Shown: piece after piece, positions 39,635 to 54,110 of the stretch
How the letters are laid out: each line of letters starts with the position of its first letter
Numbering within the stretch: the first letter of the stretch is position 1
Notes under the pieces: model-generated
Told to the model about the DNA's origin: nothing
The model's input: the letters and a program-made list of their open reading frames with translations, nothing else
The model's database searches: none
NCBI RefSeq assembly: GCF_009914755.1
Contig: NC_060931.1
Length of the DNA stretch: 64,000 nucleotides
Strand: one strand, 5' to 3'
Origin: the human T2T-CHM13v2.0 reference genome, Homo sapiens
Position numbers and translations under genes: made by a program

Positions 39635-40540
39635 TTGAGGGTATGGTAGACTTTCTTAAATGATTCCTGGAATAGAGCAGAAAAGAGTTCATGTTCCAGC
39701 CACAAAAATCAACTTCAAATGAAATAATAGGTATCATCTATCTTAAAATTTCATTTGGTTACATCCCCACCAGGCTTGCCACTGGCCTTTCACTTTATGT
39801 AATCCTAGCTCTCATCATCTTGTTGGTTTTTCTCTCCATGCTTCATTTTATACATTCTCTCATTGTCCTTCTCCCTCTCTGAAGAAGTAACAGGTTCTTT
39901 CCCGGTCTCTCATAGCTATAGGCACTGTCTGCCTTTTCCCCAGAACCTTGGTGCCAGCCAATACCAAAGCTCTGGGAATCCAACTTCCTATTGGATGGGC
40001 TCTTGAAGTAACATTTCCAATTCTTTCTAAGAAGAATTCTGGTGACTGTTGTTAAATATGTACATTTAATTTTATTTTATTATAATCTCAGTCTCTCATT
40101 ATGGAAGAGGTAAGAGAACATTATCCAACATTGTTAAGCACCTACTATGTATGGAAGGCTAGGCACACAGCACTGACCTTGGTACTACCGGGAAGGCAGC
40201 TTGACCTAACATACTCAAGAAATTCTAACATTTTATCTTCAGTAGCCCTTTAGATTGCAAACATGACATTTTCAAGAATACGACATAAAAAGGTTTGCAA
40301 ATATCCTTTTTCCCTGTAATATGTTCCATATTAAGGGGCCAAATTTGCCAGGCTCATACAAGAAATGTCTTTCTCCTCTTTTGATGTGCTTTTAAAATTT
40401 ATTTCTGCTTTAGTAACAAAACAAAAAAGTCACTGAAAATAAAAATTTAATTCCATTCTTTTAACAAGCAGCTGTCAGCCATATTCTTTAATAGGAAGTG
40501 AAGGTTGGAAGATTTTAGTGGAGAAGGAAAAGTTACATCA

Positions 40541-40874
<334 letters not shown>

Positions 40875-41276
40875 CAGGTAGTACAAGAAACAGTCTTTGG
40901 TCTTAGGAGAACATTTATGTAGGCATCAGGAAAAAGTCAAGAGTTCACAAGAACATAATAATTGTTAAGGACTCACTATACAAGATGCTACAAAACACAT
41001 CTAAATTGTTAAGGCAGTATCAGAAAGAATACCCAGTGTGGAATGAAGTTTGACCTATAGATTGAATCTCTAGCTGGCAGCTGAAACTTGAAAGTATTAT
41101 ATGTGTATGACTACTATACTGACCCAGGACGATACGTGACTTAATTGAAATATGATAGTTTCATCCCCACAATTGTCCTCTAAACCTTATTCAATAGGAG
41201 CAGTTTCCTCTAGCACCAGGTCAAAGACTGACTCTTGGATAATAAACAGTCTTACAGTCACTTTAAGTCTTTAGCT

Positions 41277-41495
41277 CTCTGCGTGCTGGAGCCAGCTCCT
41301 ACAAGCTCAGTAGAGCCGATTGTGGTTGTTTCTGCCCAACTCCACGTTTAATGATGTCAAATTAACAGCTTCAGGTAGGTTATAACTTCCCTATATACAC
41401 TGCCAGAAGTGCTAAAAATTGAGGATGGGAAGAGGACTACTTTTGTGGATTTTTTTTTTTTTTTTTTTAAGAATCAGTTTTTCAGCACAGCACTG
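41277..41495 (+). mobile_element. MER63A-like element
   Basis: 'gtgctggagccagctc...agagccgattgtg...cccaactccacgtttaatgatgtca...cagcacagcactg'. Confidence 0.7.
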
Positions 41496-42224
41496 GTTCC
41501 ATGGCAAACAAACATCCCTTAGCCCCAACAATTTTTAGAAGTACAGGCAAATCCCAACATTGCTCTTCTACTGGCTTCATTACCAGCAGCAGCTAGCATC
41601 TTTTGCCCTTTAAATAGACCTGTTGGGAGCCACACTACCAAAAGCCTCAATGCGGGAGCAACATATGAAATTGCCCAAGTATCCTTGGAAGCCTCATCAT
41701 TAGGTTTGATGATAGGGAGCAGGCACCCCGCCTCCAAGGTGTATAGCTCATAACATAGCTTTCTCCAAAGATACCTTCTCCCCTGAAATCCACTCTCTTC
41801 CAATCCACACTCTACCTCAGTCTTATATCTTCCATCTGGTGAAGGGTCCAAGAATTACGGAACTGATGAATTCTACATTTAGGATCTGTCTTGTGAAATT
41901 CATCTCTATTTTTTCTTGGTATCTTGCTCAAAATTCAATTTTAACATTCTGTTTCAAGAGGTCAGCATAAATAATGTCAAAGAGAAGGAAATCCCATATA
42001 TATGTATATATATTTTCTGTTTGGGAGGACTACCAAAAATAAGCTCAAATGAGAGAATACATCAATCTTGTATTTTGTGGTTATAGTTGTTATTGTTGGG
42101 TTGTTTTTGTTTCTTTTTATGGCAAAGGTAGTCAAGTTCATGGGTTAAAACTCATTTAATTTGGAAAGAAGAAAACTACACTAACTGGACACCACCCTGT
42201 GCTAGGCCCTGTGCTAGGCTGGGC

Positions 42225-42385
42225 AGCACTTCTTATACTTAATGTGCAAAGGAAGCCCCTGGGGGGGTCCATGTTAAAATGCTGATTTTCATTAGGTCTA
42301 GGTAGAGCTGATATTTTTATTTCTAACAAGTTCATAGGTAATGCCCATGCTGCTAGTTTGGAACTTCTTTGAATAACAACGGGCT
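42225..42385. mobile_element. MER5-family remnant
   Basis: 'tgttaaaatgctgatt...taggtctagg...atttctaacaagttc...ggtaatgcccatgctgct'. Confidence 0.55.
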
Positions 42386-42479
42386 AGAGAATATATATAT
42401 ACACATGCACACACATACATACATATACATATATAAACATATGCACATGTATATTTACACATGAAGATTCAAGAAAAAA

Positions 42480-42605
42480 TTAAAACAATTCCATGAGATA
42501 GATGTTTATCATTATCTGTATTTCACCAATACAAAAACTGAAAATGAATGAGGTTGACTTGCCCAACCACATAGATAAATGGCAGAGGGGATTCAAAACC
42601 ACATT
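42480..42605 (-). mobile_element. MIR remnant
   Basis: 'aaaactga...gaggttgacttgcccaa...atggcagaggggattcaaa'. Confidence 0.5.
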
Positions 42606-44149
42606 TCTCTTCCCTTTTTTCATTAGTTGACATAGCATCCAGAAGTTGTTACTGTTTTTAAACTATAAACTGTAATCAGGTTAAAAAAATAAGTAACAAT
42701 GTTGAATTTCTTTTTCTCATAATGTGATTGACCTCCCCATTTTAGTAACTGTTCAGATTCTCCTATTTCATGTCCCTGAGTTTTAATGGATTTAATCAAA
42801 ACTATTTTCAAATACTAGTTGCTAGTACATATAGTCTACCCACGAAATATCTTCTAGATGCTTGGTCCATGACTAAATGGCACAAGTGCCTGTATTAAGA
42901 GAGGTATTTTGTACTCTGCAATGATGTATCTGACCATTCATGTTCTCTCATTATACTAGCTAGTCTTCAGGCTTTTTCATTATGCTATTTAGTGAAGAGA
43001 TGTTCTAAAACCTTTACTGACTCTCTTCACCTCCTTCACTTATAATGAATTTGTACAGAATGCTACAGCCAAGGAACACAAAAGCTGAGCCCCAAGAAAA
43101 AAAAAAGTGATTAATGTGGACTTTCCCTAAACAGATGGTATTAACAACCTCAGCCTGCAAATTTCAATTTTAAAAGATAACAGTCTAAGTCCCTGATAGC
43201 TCACAAAGTACCTTGGTTACATATAATTTGTTTGTACAAAATTGAAGATTATTAGTTAAATAATGATTCTTTTAATCTTAGCATTTACACAAGTATTTTT
43301 TTCAATTGTTGTCATTGCTACATAGACTCAATCCCTTGGTCTTTTCCTTTAAGCTTTTTAAAAACTAAATGAAGGAAGGAAGACAGAGGACGTGAGTCAC
43401 ATGCTAACAAAAATAACAAAACAGTGTTGGCCACAGATAATTTCCTGAAACCGGTATGAGAAGGAATAAGCTATGTGAAAGAAAAACATTGGCAAGCCAT
43501 TTTGTGAAACAGTAAAATTTCCAAATATAATTGAAAAGAGAAAAATCTTCCCAAGCAAAATACCCATTTCCAAGCCTAAGGCAACAAATAAACAAATGAA
43601 GGGTGGGGAAAGTTCAGCCTTAATATTAAAAAAAAAAAAATTCAACTTTGTTTTCTAGATATCTGATATGATTGAGGAGCTGTTTTAAGAAAAACAAAGA
43701 AACATGTCAGTAAAATTTCCTTTTGTTATATATATATTATGATATCTATATGAGAGATTTAATAAAGTGTTAAGGTATGCTGGGTTCATTGAGTTTTAGC
43801 TTTGGAAACATCTCCTTGGATAAATGGAGTTCAATAATCGGAACTCTATGTAATATATCAAGAGACCCAAAACAAACACACAGAACATTTGATTAGCTCA
43901 ACAGCTGCTAAAAATCATTTTGATAAAAGTCAGCCCCATTTCTGATTTAAAATTTTTGTTAGCATCAGGATGAAAAAGGATGTTATTTATATGCAAAAAC
44001 ATTAATCTACCTAAAACAGCTATTTGCTTGCTTAAGAGAGGAACTGTTAGGCAGCCCATACATTAAAATCTGGAATAGACAAAGGATGCTCATAATCCCA
44101 GTATTTTGAATTTTTCTAGGATTTTCAACTATTATCAAAATATAAAGGA

Positions 44150-45130
44150 AAAAGAATTTTGCTAGTCTACCTAGAAAATTCAAGATAATCAATTGAAAAG
44201 TTATTAGACTACATAAGAAATTTCAGTAAATCAGATAGACACCAGATAAAATCAAAAGAGCAATCACTCTTTGGCATGTCAGCAATAGCTGGTTAAAATA
44301 TAAGATAGAACAAAAATAGTAGACAAGGACGACAAATATATAGAAATAGTCTTTTTAAACAAATGAGCAAGAACCATGAACGTCCTTTCTGAGTTATTCA
44401 TTTAAACAACATGAACAAATGGTGAAATTTTCCCTGTTCATGGATGAGGAAATCGACTATTATTAAATGTTAGATCTTTTCAAATTTATAATTGTGAAGC
44501 AATTACACCAAAATGTCAAGGGGGCTTCTTTTGAAATATTTCTAGATTTAATGTGAAAGAATAAATGATGAAGAGTTAAGAGCATTTTGAAAAGGAAGAG
44601 TAATGGGAGAAGAGAGTTTAGCACTACGAAATATTAACATGTTATGAAGCTCTAACGAGGTGAAGAGCACGGTACTGTCAAATACGTAAGAATCAAGAAA
44701 GTAATAAATGAGGCCTTCCAAATGAATGAGAAGGAGATTTGTTTGAGAAACAGTTCCGAACAATTCCAAAATAATGATAGTAAAATGTAAAAAAACACCA
44801 AATATTATAACATAAAAAATAAAATTAAATAAGCAAATTTGTCACTCACAGAAGAAAAAGAAAAGCATAATAAGCTCAAAAACAAAGGAACAGATTACTA
44901 GATTTAAAGATCTAAAATTTTTTATTTCTGCCCATCGTAAAACCTCAGAAACCTAAATAGTAAAAACAAGCTGGATAAAATATATACAAGATAATTCAAC
45001 TAAGAGCATGAACTGAACATTCAGAAAAATAAAAATACACATGGCTAACACAAATAATGTTCACCTTTAATAATCAAAGATATAGTAAAATTTAAAGAAA
45101 ATGGCATACTTTTAGTTCTTTAAAATAGTT
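44150..45130 (+). mobile_element. Very old L1ME ORF2 remnant
   Basis: 'tctacctagaaaattcaag...gaaatttcagtaaa', 'ccctgttcatggatgagg', 'taataatcaaaga' in L1 order. Confidence 0.55.
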
Positions 45131-46237
45131 AATATTTTAAATGATAGGCCTAGCCAATAATACATTCTTTGTTCTTATGTTTTCTCAGGTTGATTTGGAA
45201 GTTAACCATTCAGTAAAACTGAGCTGCCAAGTTGTAACGAAAGCAAGTCTCGTACAAAATTCTCCCACACTTACAGTTATATAAACATTCATTAACAAGC
45301 AGGCAAAAAACAACCTGTACTGTAGTTTCACTGAAATGCCAGCATTGTCCTTTTAAGTGATCAGCCGCCCCACCAACATAAAAAAATAACTGAAACCAAT
45401 TATGACAGCCTTCCAGAAGCAGGGCCTAGTACCCTGATAGTTAGCTCCAGACAACTTGAAAAGTTCATAAATCAATGGGTGGCCACAGGACCATTTAGGG
45501 ATCAAGCCTTGGGCACTATTTTAAGGGTATGGTAAGGCCTCACTGGTTTCTTATTCCATTGGCATATAAATATGCAGAATGTCTCTAACATGTTTTTAAA
45601 GAAATCATTTCTCCTGAAAACTTAAAATTTTGCCAAGCAGTGAAATTATCCTAATTTATAAGTCACCCACTTCACCAATACAAGCAAATTTCTGCTCAAT
45701 CTGCTAATTTCCATACGGATTGTTAATTGAAACACAAAAAACAGAAGCACTTCTGTTAGCCTCCTGTGGAATATGGACTTCCTGATCAGAACTCCAGCTG
45801 GCTTTCTTTGGACTTCTGTACTACTGATTAGCACTTGGGTAATTGCTTAACCTAAAGAGATCTGCATAACCTATATAAAGGGAGTTATAAACATTGAATA
45901 CCAGATGTTTACTCTTCTTCCACATGATTCCTCTTCTTACCCTTGTATTTTCTATGCATTCTGTATTTCTATGGAGATGACTGGAAGTTCCGCACAGTTC
46001 TGGCTCTATTCACAGTTCAGGTTACATTCAGCTTAGGTCCATCAACACTTATTTTGGTAAATCACAGCAAATGTCAAATTCTTCAAACCAAAAGAAAATC
46101 CCCAGTCTGTACAGAGTGATAATTATTTCTTTTTATGAAAATTTCTTACATACTCTGCTGAAAAAGATTATCCTATTTTTATGTTTTTGATGGTAGTCTA
46201 GTGTTTCATAATCTCAAACTTATTTCAACAGCCTTAC

Positions 46238-46377
46238 CTCATTGCTCCCAGAGCCAAACAAGGTCAATGAGTAGTCGTTGGCAAGATACTCTGCATTGTT
46301 TACAATGCCGCAGCTATTTGCAATGATACCTGCCCATGTCGCCATCAACCTCAGGCTGCCTGCATCTTTGCCAGCAG
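46238..46377 (-). other. Candidate 140-nt exon and/or regulatory element
   Basis: Minus strand ttcctctctccactgacag|CTG...GAG|gtaagg; one open frame; about 50% GC with 3 CpGs. Confidence 0.35.
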
Positions 46378-47789
46378 CTGTCAGTGGAGAGAGGAACTAG
46401 TACTTCAAAGGTCTCAGTACAGCTCATAAAAGAGCAGGGGGTTGACCCAAGCCAAGATGAAGATTGTATATTTGTCAGTTATGTTTGACTATTTTGACAA
46501 GCTAATCCATAGAAACTCAAGATAACTGAGAGGAAGTCTACATTTAATAGCCCCAGAGAAGGCTACAGATAAATGTAAAAGAAAACTAAAGATCTCCAGG
46601 TGAAAATACTTAGTATCTCCTCCCCATCGTAGAAGAAAAAAGGGAAACAAGCCAATAGTACCACTTATGATTTAAAGAACTGACCACATATAACAAAAAT
46701 GTTAAATATCCAGGGAACAAAAGTGAAAAACTGAAGGAGGGAAAGAAACCAAGCATTCAAAAGAGATGATGAGTAAGGCGGTGACAAGCTAAAGGCACTG
46801 CAAGTCTGGGGCACACTGAGTGTGAGAAGAAACTCTGAAGGGTTTAACAGGAAACCAGGATTTCCAGGAAACTAGAAGCCAGTTGAAAATTGATGCACAT
46901 TTCAAGCCATTTCAAACAAGAAAAGGGCGAAATTAAATATGGGTTCAAAGGACAATTATACATCCAAAGGCCACTGCCCCAACAACTTGGAAATCCTTAT
47001 ACACCTAGATGAGAGTTCTTTTGCAATTCCTAGATACTAAAATGTTATCCACCCCAGTAGCCAGTACCTGGCTGCAGAGAACGTGAAGCTATTATCAGAT
47101 TTTATGCTTATACCCAACCTGTTTCAAAAACAATATAAGGTTCCCTACAACAATAAAATATTGCAACATGAGAAGAGAAATAATTCAGGCAAAAAGACAA
47201 GGCAGAGCTTATGAAACGAAGCCAAGAAAAAATAACACACAAATCTTTACCAAAACATCTGATAACAGTAGTTCCCAATGTTTTTTAGTATGAGGTCACT
47301 TTTTCTAAAATCAGAAATTTTCATAGATCACCCTCAAATGACAATATGCCCCCCACAGCCATGATACCCAACAATTCTATTTACACAAGTAGACATTGAT
47401 GAAAAATGCAATAAGCTACAATAAATTCAGTTATGTGAAATTGTATTTTATGAATCAGAAGTGTACCGATATGAATAGTAATAAATACGTAAATATTATT
47501 TTATTTCATAACAATATTGGAGATCCTTATCAATTCATGGATCTCTGCAAAAACCCTAATGCCCTGATTTAGCCATTCTATTTGTTTTCTAAAAATCTTT
47601 GCATCCTGTGTCTTCACAAATACAATGGAAGTTTTAACGGAAATTCAACAGGGAATAAAATGTGCCATTAAGACCTATTTTACAAACTACCACCAAAAGA
47701 ACTTTTGCTTGGGGTCTGTGGAAAAGGCCCTTTATGTCTTCAATTATCAGTTTCATTATCTTCACAAATAGACAGCCCCCTGCCCAAAC

Positions 47790-48142
47790 CTCCACAGGTA
47801 CACAGTGACACCCAATTTCATTTAGGTACAGTCATGTGACTGTTAGTCAATGAGATGTACACAGAAATGGGGTGAGCAAATCTCCACAAAGCAAGCGCTG
47901 TGTGCTTTGCCTCCACTTTTCTTGCTGGGTAGAATGCAGACAATACTGACAAGGATCATACCCTTGGGCAGCAGAGGAAAATAGCTGGATGGAACCTGGG
48001 ACTTTGTGAATTAATGGAAATTCTTTATTAAAATTCTGACTATTGAAGTTCTTTTTAGAATAGAACAAACTGTTTTTAAGCCATTCTTAATTTTGTATTT
48101 TTGCTGTCACATGCTTTCAGATAGTAATTTCTAGTTAATACT
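47790..48142 (+). mobile_element. Old MaLR LTR (MLT1I/K-like)
   Basis: 'gtcatgtgact...caatgagatgt', 'ggatggaacctgggact', 'tgtttttaagcca...tagttaatac'. Confidence 0.55.
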
Positions 48143-48399
48143 GTCTCTTAACTATCAAAAGTGTTCAGTTCTAATATTCAGTCTTCACTACTCCTAGAAA
48201 AATCACATACAATCAGAACGAACTTTACTTCCTGTAACTTTGCAGTCTCATTTCTTGTCCTTGTCATTAGTTCTTTCTCTCCTTTCCCTGAAACCTTAGA
48301 CACTAACTCTGATACCACCTTGCGGGTCTCATCTTGATTATGCCTTACGGTAATTTGGGCTTAGCTTTCCAGATCTCGTATATAATTGATGTGTGCGCT

Positions 48400-49260
48400 G
48401 GGATTTGTTTTCAATAGAACTGGGTTATTTTTCTGTATATTTCCCCCATTTTTTTTCTTGGTTTTTACCTTTGTTTTACTGGAGCAAATCTTCAGGTAAC
48501 CTCCTTACAGAAGTACATAAGAGAAAGTTTCTGAAAGTCTGAAAATAGCTATATTTTACCATCACACTTGATTGCCAAGTGACTAAGCCTAGAATTTTTC
48601 TCAGAGCTTCAAATGCATTGTTTCATTGCTTCTCAGATCTTGTATTGTTGGTGAGATGTCTGATGTCAATCTGGTTCATTTTAACATTATGAATCATAAA
48701 TATGGTTGTGTTCACTACATCCTAATTATAAAGTTTTAAAAAAATTTCTTGTGTTCTGAAATTTCAGATATAAATTTTTTCAGCATCCTGGGAACCCAAT
48801 GGGCCTAAAGAATTCTGGTGCTTTAGTATTGAAAACTTTTCTTGTATATTTCCATTGCTAACTTCCTCCCACTCCAATTCCCTCTCTTATTTCCCAGAAT
48901 ATTAGGTCAATGTCAAGCTTCTGGGATTGAACCTCTATGTTTATCTTTTTAAAATTTTTTTCTTTTGTCTTTTTTCTCTTGTTCTGATTTTCTTAGTTTC
49001 ATCTTCATAACTGTCTGAATTTTTACAATTGCATCTTCAAGACAAAATATCTTATTTTGTTCTCCATTGTTCTTTTGTACTTTTCTAGTCTTATTTTTCG
49101 ATGCAATATCCTCTCAAATTTTCAAGCTAATTGCATAACTAGGTTCTTTTAACATTCTCCTTTTTCTGAATTATCTGTTTCTTCTAAAGTAAATGTTCTT
49201 GTTTTAGTTATTTTGTGCTGCTGGTTTTATTTATGTTTTTTGTTATCTTTGGCTGTCTTC
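48400..49260 (-). mobile_element. Possible old L1ME 5'/ORF1 remnant
   Basis: T-rich; 'ctgaaaatagctatattttaccatcacacttgattg', 'gatgtctgatgtcaatctg', 'gtgttctgaaatttca'. Confidence 0.45.
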
Positions 49261-50170
49261 TTATGAAGAAGAATAGTGGACTGGGTTGATTTTCTAGGAT
49301 ATAAATTATGAGTCCCCTCTGCTGTTATCTTTTATTTCATGGTGAGGTCTTTCAAACAAATATGGGTGGACCTTGTCTACTGGCAGGCTTCATATTGGCG
49401 AGGGCAATAAAGGAAAATGAATTTAGGCTGAAGAGGGGACAGAGCCTCCAAATGCAGAGATGAGGGCTTTATTCCCGGAAGACCTAATTTTATATCTGTA
49501 GTTCTTGATGTCTTTGGAGAAGAGGCTTTTAGATTTATTTTGTTGTTACTCTTTCATCTTTTCTTTTTAAGTGTTAGGCTGCCTAGAAATGCATGAGCTC
49601 CACCCGTACTTTTTAATGAGTTTTGATGCAACTATGTAAAAATTGTTATTTTTTGGCTTCTGGAGGGAACAATGTTTAGACACCTTTTAAGTGCACTTAA
49701 AAACATTAAGAAGTAAAAATAAACATTTCAAAGAGCTGAACATAAATGTCATCACAGATACTGCCACTAATTTACTGATTATTGATCACAGGAATCCATC
49801 CTGAGCCAGAGGAACAGCAGCACATGGTAAAACACAAACAGTCCAAGGTGTACAAAAAAGCCTTCAGAACATCCACCTGCAGACTGAACACCACATGTTA
49901 TAGTTAGGAGCATATTTGGGGCTTTGCTAGTTACAAAACTCCATTGGGTTTTCATAAATACACTTTATACTCAAAGCCACTGGAGTCAACCATATAATGA
50001 CAAGATTGTCTGGAACTGAATGTAATTTATTCATATTGTTTGCAAGGGGAAAGTATTGTACTTAAAATAATTATACTTGTAGTTTTAAAGGTGTTTTTGG
50101 GTATCACTATATTTCACTCAGAAAGAGTAAAAGCAGAAACAGAAACATTTTAAATTGGTTTCCTGTATAA

Positions 50171-50517
<347 letters not shown>

Positions 50518-50863
50518 AAATGTGTTATTTTTAATATAAATCCACTGTTTATTTTAGGATTCCTCACCCCCTGAATTTAATGTGATTCATTTACCTTAGG
50601 CAATGACTTATTTGTATTCACTGACAGGCTGCACAGTGGAAAAAGGTCTTCAGAGTGACTAACAAAAGACCACATCCATCTGTCTACCCCAGTATAATAC
50701 ATGTCTCCTAGACATTTTTCTCTATCCCTACAAGTAAGACAGAGGTACAATCCTATGACTACCCTTTCACTCTTTAATTGATCAAATGAGAAACTTTCTC
50801 TTCATGGAAGCATTAATGAAGGAAATTCAAACTGAATTCATCATGTCCAACAAACAATCCATC

Positions 50864-51463
50864 TTTTTAAATTGAGATATAATTCACATACCATAAAATT
50901 TGCCCCTTTGAAGGACACAACTCAGTAGTTTTTAAGTATATTCACAACGCTGTGCAATCATCACCATTATCTAATTCCAGAATGTTTTCATCACCCCCAA
51001 AAGTCACTCCCATATCTATTAGCAGTCACCTCCTAATCTCCTTTCCCACTCCCCAGACCGCCCCATCCCTGTCAGCCATCTCTGTCTCTATTGACTTGCC
51101 TAGTCTGGAAAGTTCATCTCAATAGAATCATATAATATGTGGTCTTTTTTGATCAGCTTTTTATTTCGCTTAGTGTAATGTTTTCAAGGTCCATCCATGT
51201 TGTGGCAAGTATCAGCACCACATTCCTTTTTATTGTCATATAATATTTCCTTATATGGATATACTACCTTTTATTTATCCATTCATTTGTTGATGGATAC
51301 TTGGGTTTTTTCCATCTTTTGGTTACTATGAATGATGTTGCTTTAAACATTTGTGCGCAAGTTTTTGTGTGGACGTATGTTTTTTTTAATTTCCCTTGGG
51401 TATATGCCACCTAGGAGTTAAATTGCTGGGCCATGTGGTAATTCTATCTTTAACTTTAAGAAA
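50864..51463 (-). mobile_element. L1MB 3' end
   Basis: 'attgagatataattcacataccataaaatt...ctaattccagaatgttttcatcacccc...ctaggagttaaattgctgggccatgtggta'. Confidence 0.85.
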
Positions 51464-52876
51464 TATTTTTAAAGCACATTTAAAACTTTTTACTGTATAT
51501 ACTGAGTGGAATAATTTTTTGAGCAACATTACCAAAGAGAAAAAAATGTTCCAAACATAAATAAGTCTCATTATGACAGAACTTTGTAAAAGATGCTGTT
51601 TACTTTGTTTTTTTTTTCAATCTGGACAACAGAATTATGACTGTACTATGTATCTATAGGTAATAATACCAGAAAGGCATAGGGCTTTATAAGGAAAAAA
51701 GTCAGTAGAAAATGCTTAAATGCTTACTTAGAATCTGAAGATATTACTTTGAAATACCTAAGATTACTCTTAGTATTTGCATATGCTTATTTATCACAAA
51801 GTATATACAATGAAGTCTTACAGTCAACTTTCAATTCTTCCTCACACAATATGTAGTACTTATTCTAGAATAACTACAAGTATAGTCTGTCCTTGTCTGA
51901 ATTTTTTTTTTCTTCTAGGTTCTGCTGATAATTCTCAGTATTTTATGTCTTTCTTGTCCTGAGCCATGTTTCACTGACAAATAACATTTCCAGAGACTTT
52001 ATTCTCTGTGTCTTTCAATTGCTTAGATTTCACTTTAAATACCAGAAGTTTCTAGAGAGGATTCTTTTTCTCATTAGGCCTACAAAATTCTTGCTAACAT
52101 AAGAAAGGCTGTTCACACTCTGTTAACATGGCGCTGGAGCTGTGTAAATTCCTTTTTGTTGAGCATTCTTCTTTCAGTGGGTCTCAGTCTTGGCCATTCT
52201 GTGATGAAATGCTGTTTTAGCCTCTTGGTGAGAAGACTGACGTACAGAATGTGAGCCCAGCTGGAAACATCCTTCACAGTACTGAAATACAAGTGCCAAG
52301 TCCAAGTACTTTCTGGGTAACATCACCTACCCTCCCTGGCTGTGAAAGCTCAGAGATAAGAGTTTCTAGCTGATCATTTTGCAGTGGATTTTCCTTCCTT
52401 AAAAGGAAGGATTTTTTTTCTAAAGAAAGAATCTTTTCTGATTTTTTTCTAAAGAATCAAAATTTATAGTTTAAAAAAAAAAGTACAGAGGAAAAAAATT
52501 TAAATACTTTTGGAATTGAATGTTTCCCAATCATTTTTTTAAATGTTGTCTTCACTTTTTTTCTTCTTTAACTACCAATGCCCATGTCATTTTTTTTCTT
52601 TCATGAGGCATCAGTATTCCTTGCCTAAAGACAGTGTGTCTAATGAGTGACTAGAATCAGGTAAAGAAGAAACTTCTCCTGTCTTGAAGGAGGCGTGTCT
52701 GTTGGGGAGGAGAAAGGAGTTTTCCTTGCTTGCTATACACTGAAGACTGTTCCCTTGCCAAGTATACTTTCATCGTCTTAGATAAATCGTAATTGCAAAA
52801 TCGAAGGAGAATTTGCAGACTTACTGTGAATGACCTTGTTGCTGCTATTCTGTGGTGTCAATGTAACAACATAGAC

Positions 52877-52967
52877 AGACTTTACAAAATATCATTTTTT
52901 ACTTTACTTTTTTACCCCTGTAGGCTTTACAAAATATCATTTTTTTACTCTACTTTTTTGCCCCCGT
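52877..52967. repeat. Imperfect 45/46-bp tandem duplication
   Basis: agactttacaaaatatcattttttactttacttttttacccctgt followed by aggctttacaaaatatcatttttttactctacttttttgcccccgt. Confidence 0.9.
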
Positions 52968-53379
52968 TATCAAACCAAGGGTAAAGGAGTCATTTACTTT
53001 GGTGACACCTACAGGCACATTCAGATAAAAACATTCTCAACCCTCCTTTGTAACCAAAACACTCTCATTGGTCCAGTCAGGAACCCCTGTGTGGATTCTG
53101 AATGGTAGTTAGTGGACATCATCTCAGATTCATTTGAGTCTTAAAATACATCAGTTTGTCTCCAAAAGTCATCTTCAAATGTTGAGAAATTTTCATTTGG
53201 CTATTTGGGTTTGATGCTGAACTACAACAATGTAAATGTCTTCAGCTGGCCTATGCCTCATTCCACCAGCATAAATGTTGCCTTTTACAGGCCATGACTG
53301 GATGAGCAGAAACTGCTGAAGTCTCTCTCACCAAAATCTCTCTCACACACGCCCCCCTGCTACCATCATACTTCCTGGG

Positions 53380-54110
53380 CTATAGAAGCTGAACCTGTTC
53401 CAAGATGTAACAATTAGATAAAATGATGAACTCCTCAAAAGTGGCCCGGATTCCCAGTGTTGGAAGACTATAGAAGACCACTGGGATTGAGTAACCTTGA
53501 AAGAAGTTCACTCAGACAAGCTGTTCGCACATCTGAGTGATCCCAGTGCAAGTCAAACTGTGGGGTGGCAAGTATAACAACAACAGGCAAAAAGAGCAGA
53601 AGGAAATGGGTTCACCAGAAAGTGCAACTCCTGCAGCAAGGAAATGACCAGGAAACCCACGATAGTGCCCTATTAAAGAAAGAGCCTGCCATGACAGAGA
53701 GCCCATGACAGCCAAGTAAGCTCTACAAACAGTACCAGCTAAGTACATGAGACTCTTTTTGCCTTCTAGGTCTTAATAGGTCTTAATCCTCTGTCCCATC
53801 TAGCCCTGGAAGATCCAGAGGCACATCACCACCATGACATCTTTCATGTCAGAAGGATATGGAACAAGAAAGAGAGGAGAGACTCACCACACCTCTTGCC
53901 CAACCTTCTAGGTCAGGCCCAAAAGAAAGGGAAAAGCTTTAAACTTGATATCACAAGTTTAGTTTAGACCAGACTGCGCTTTTAATACCTGAAAAAAATG
54001 AAACTGAAAGTGACCATAAAATATCATGAGGAAAAAGGAAGGAATATCTAACAGAGAGGTTTGCAAAAGTGGTAGGAGAAAAATGAAGCTATTTTCTAAT
54101 TTTATACTGC
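53380..54110 (+). mobile_element. Possible ancient Gypsy-like LTR (MamGypLTR/LTR85 type)
   Basis: 'agactgcgcttttaatacctgaaa...ctgaaagtgacca' recalls this group; weak match. Confidence 0.3.

Noticed and set aside
41519-41851. 110-aa minus-strand ORF
   Set aside because: Non-ATG start, weak splice signals, no recognisable domain; within chance expectation
45189-45284. Strong plus-strand acceptor followed by VDLEVNHSVKLSCQV (Ig-like look)
   Set aside because: Stops after 31 codons and lacks the Ig Trp and second Cys
52196-52250. C/D snoRNA-like GTGATGA...CTGA with flanking attctgt/acagaat stem
   Set aside because: Only about 40 nt from box C to box D, too short, with no C'/D' boxes or evident guide
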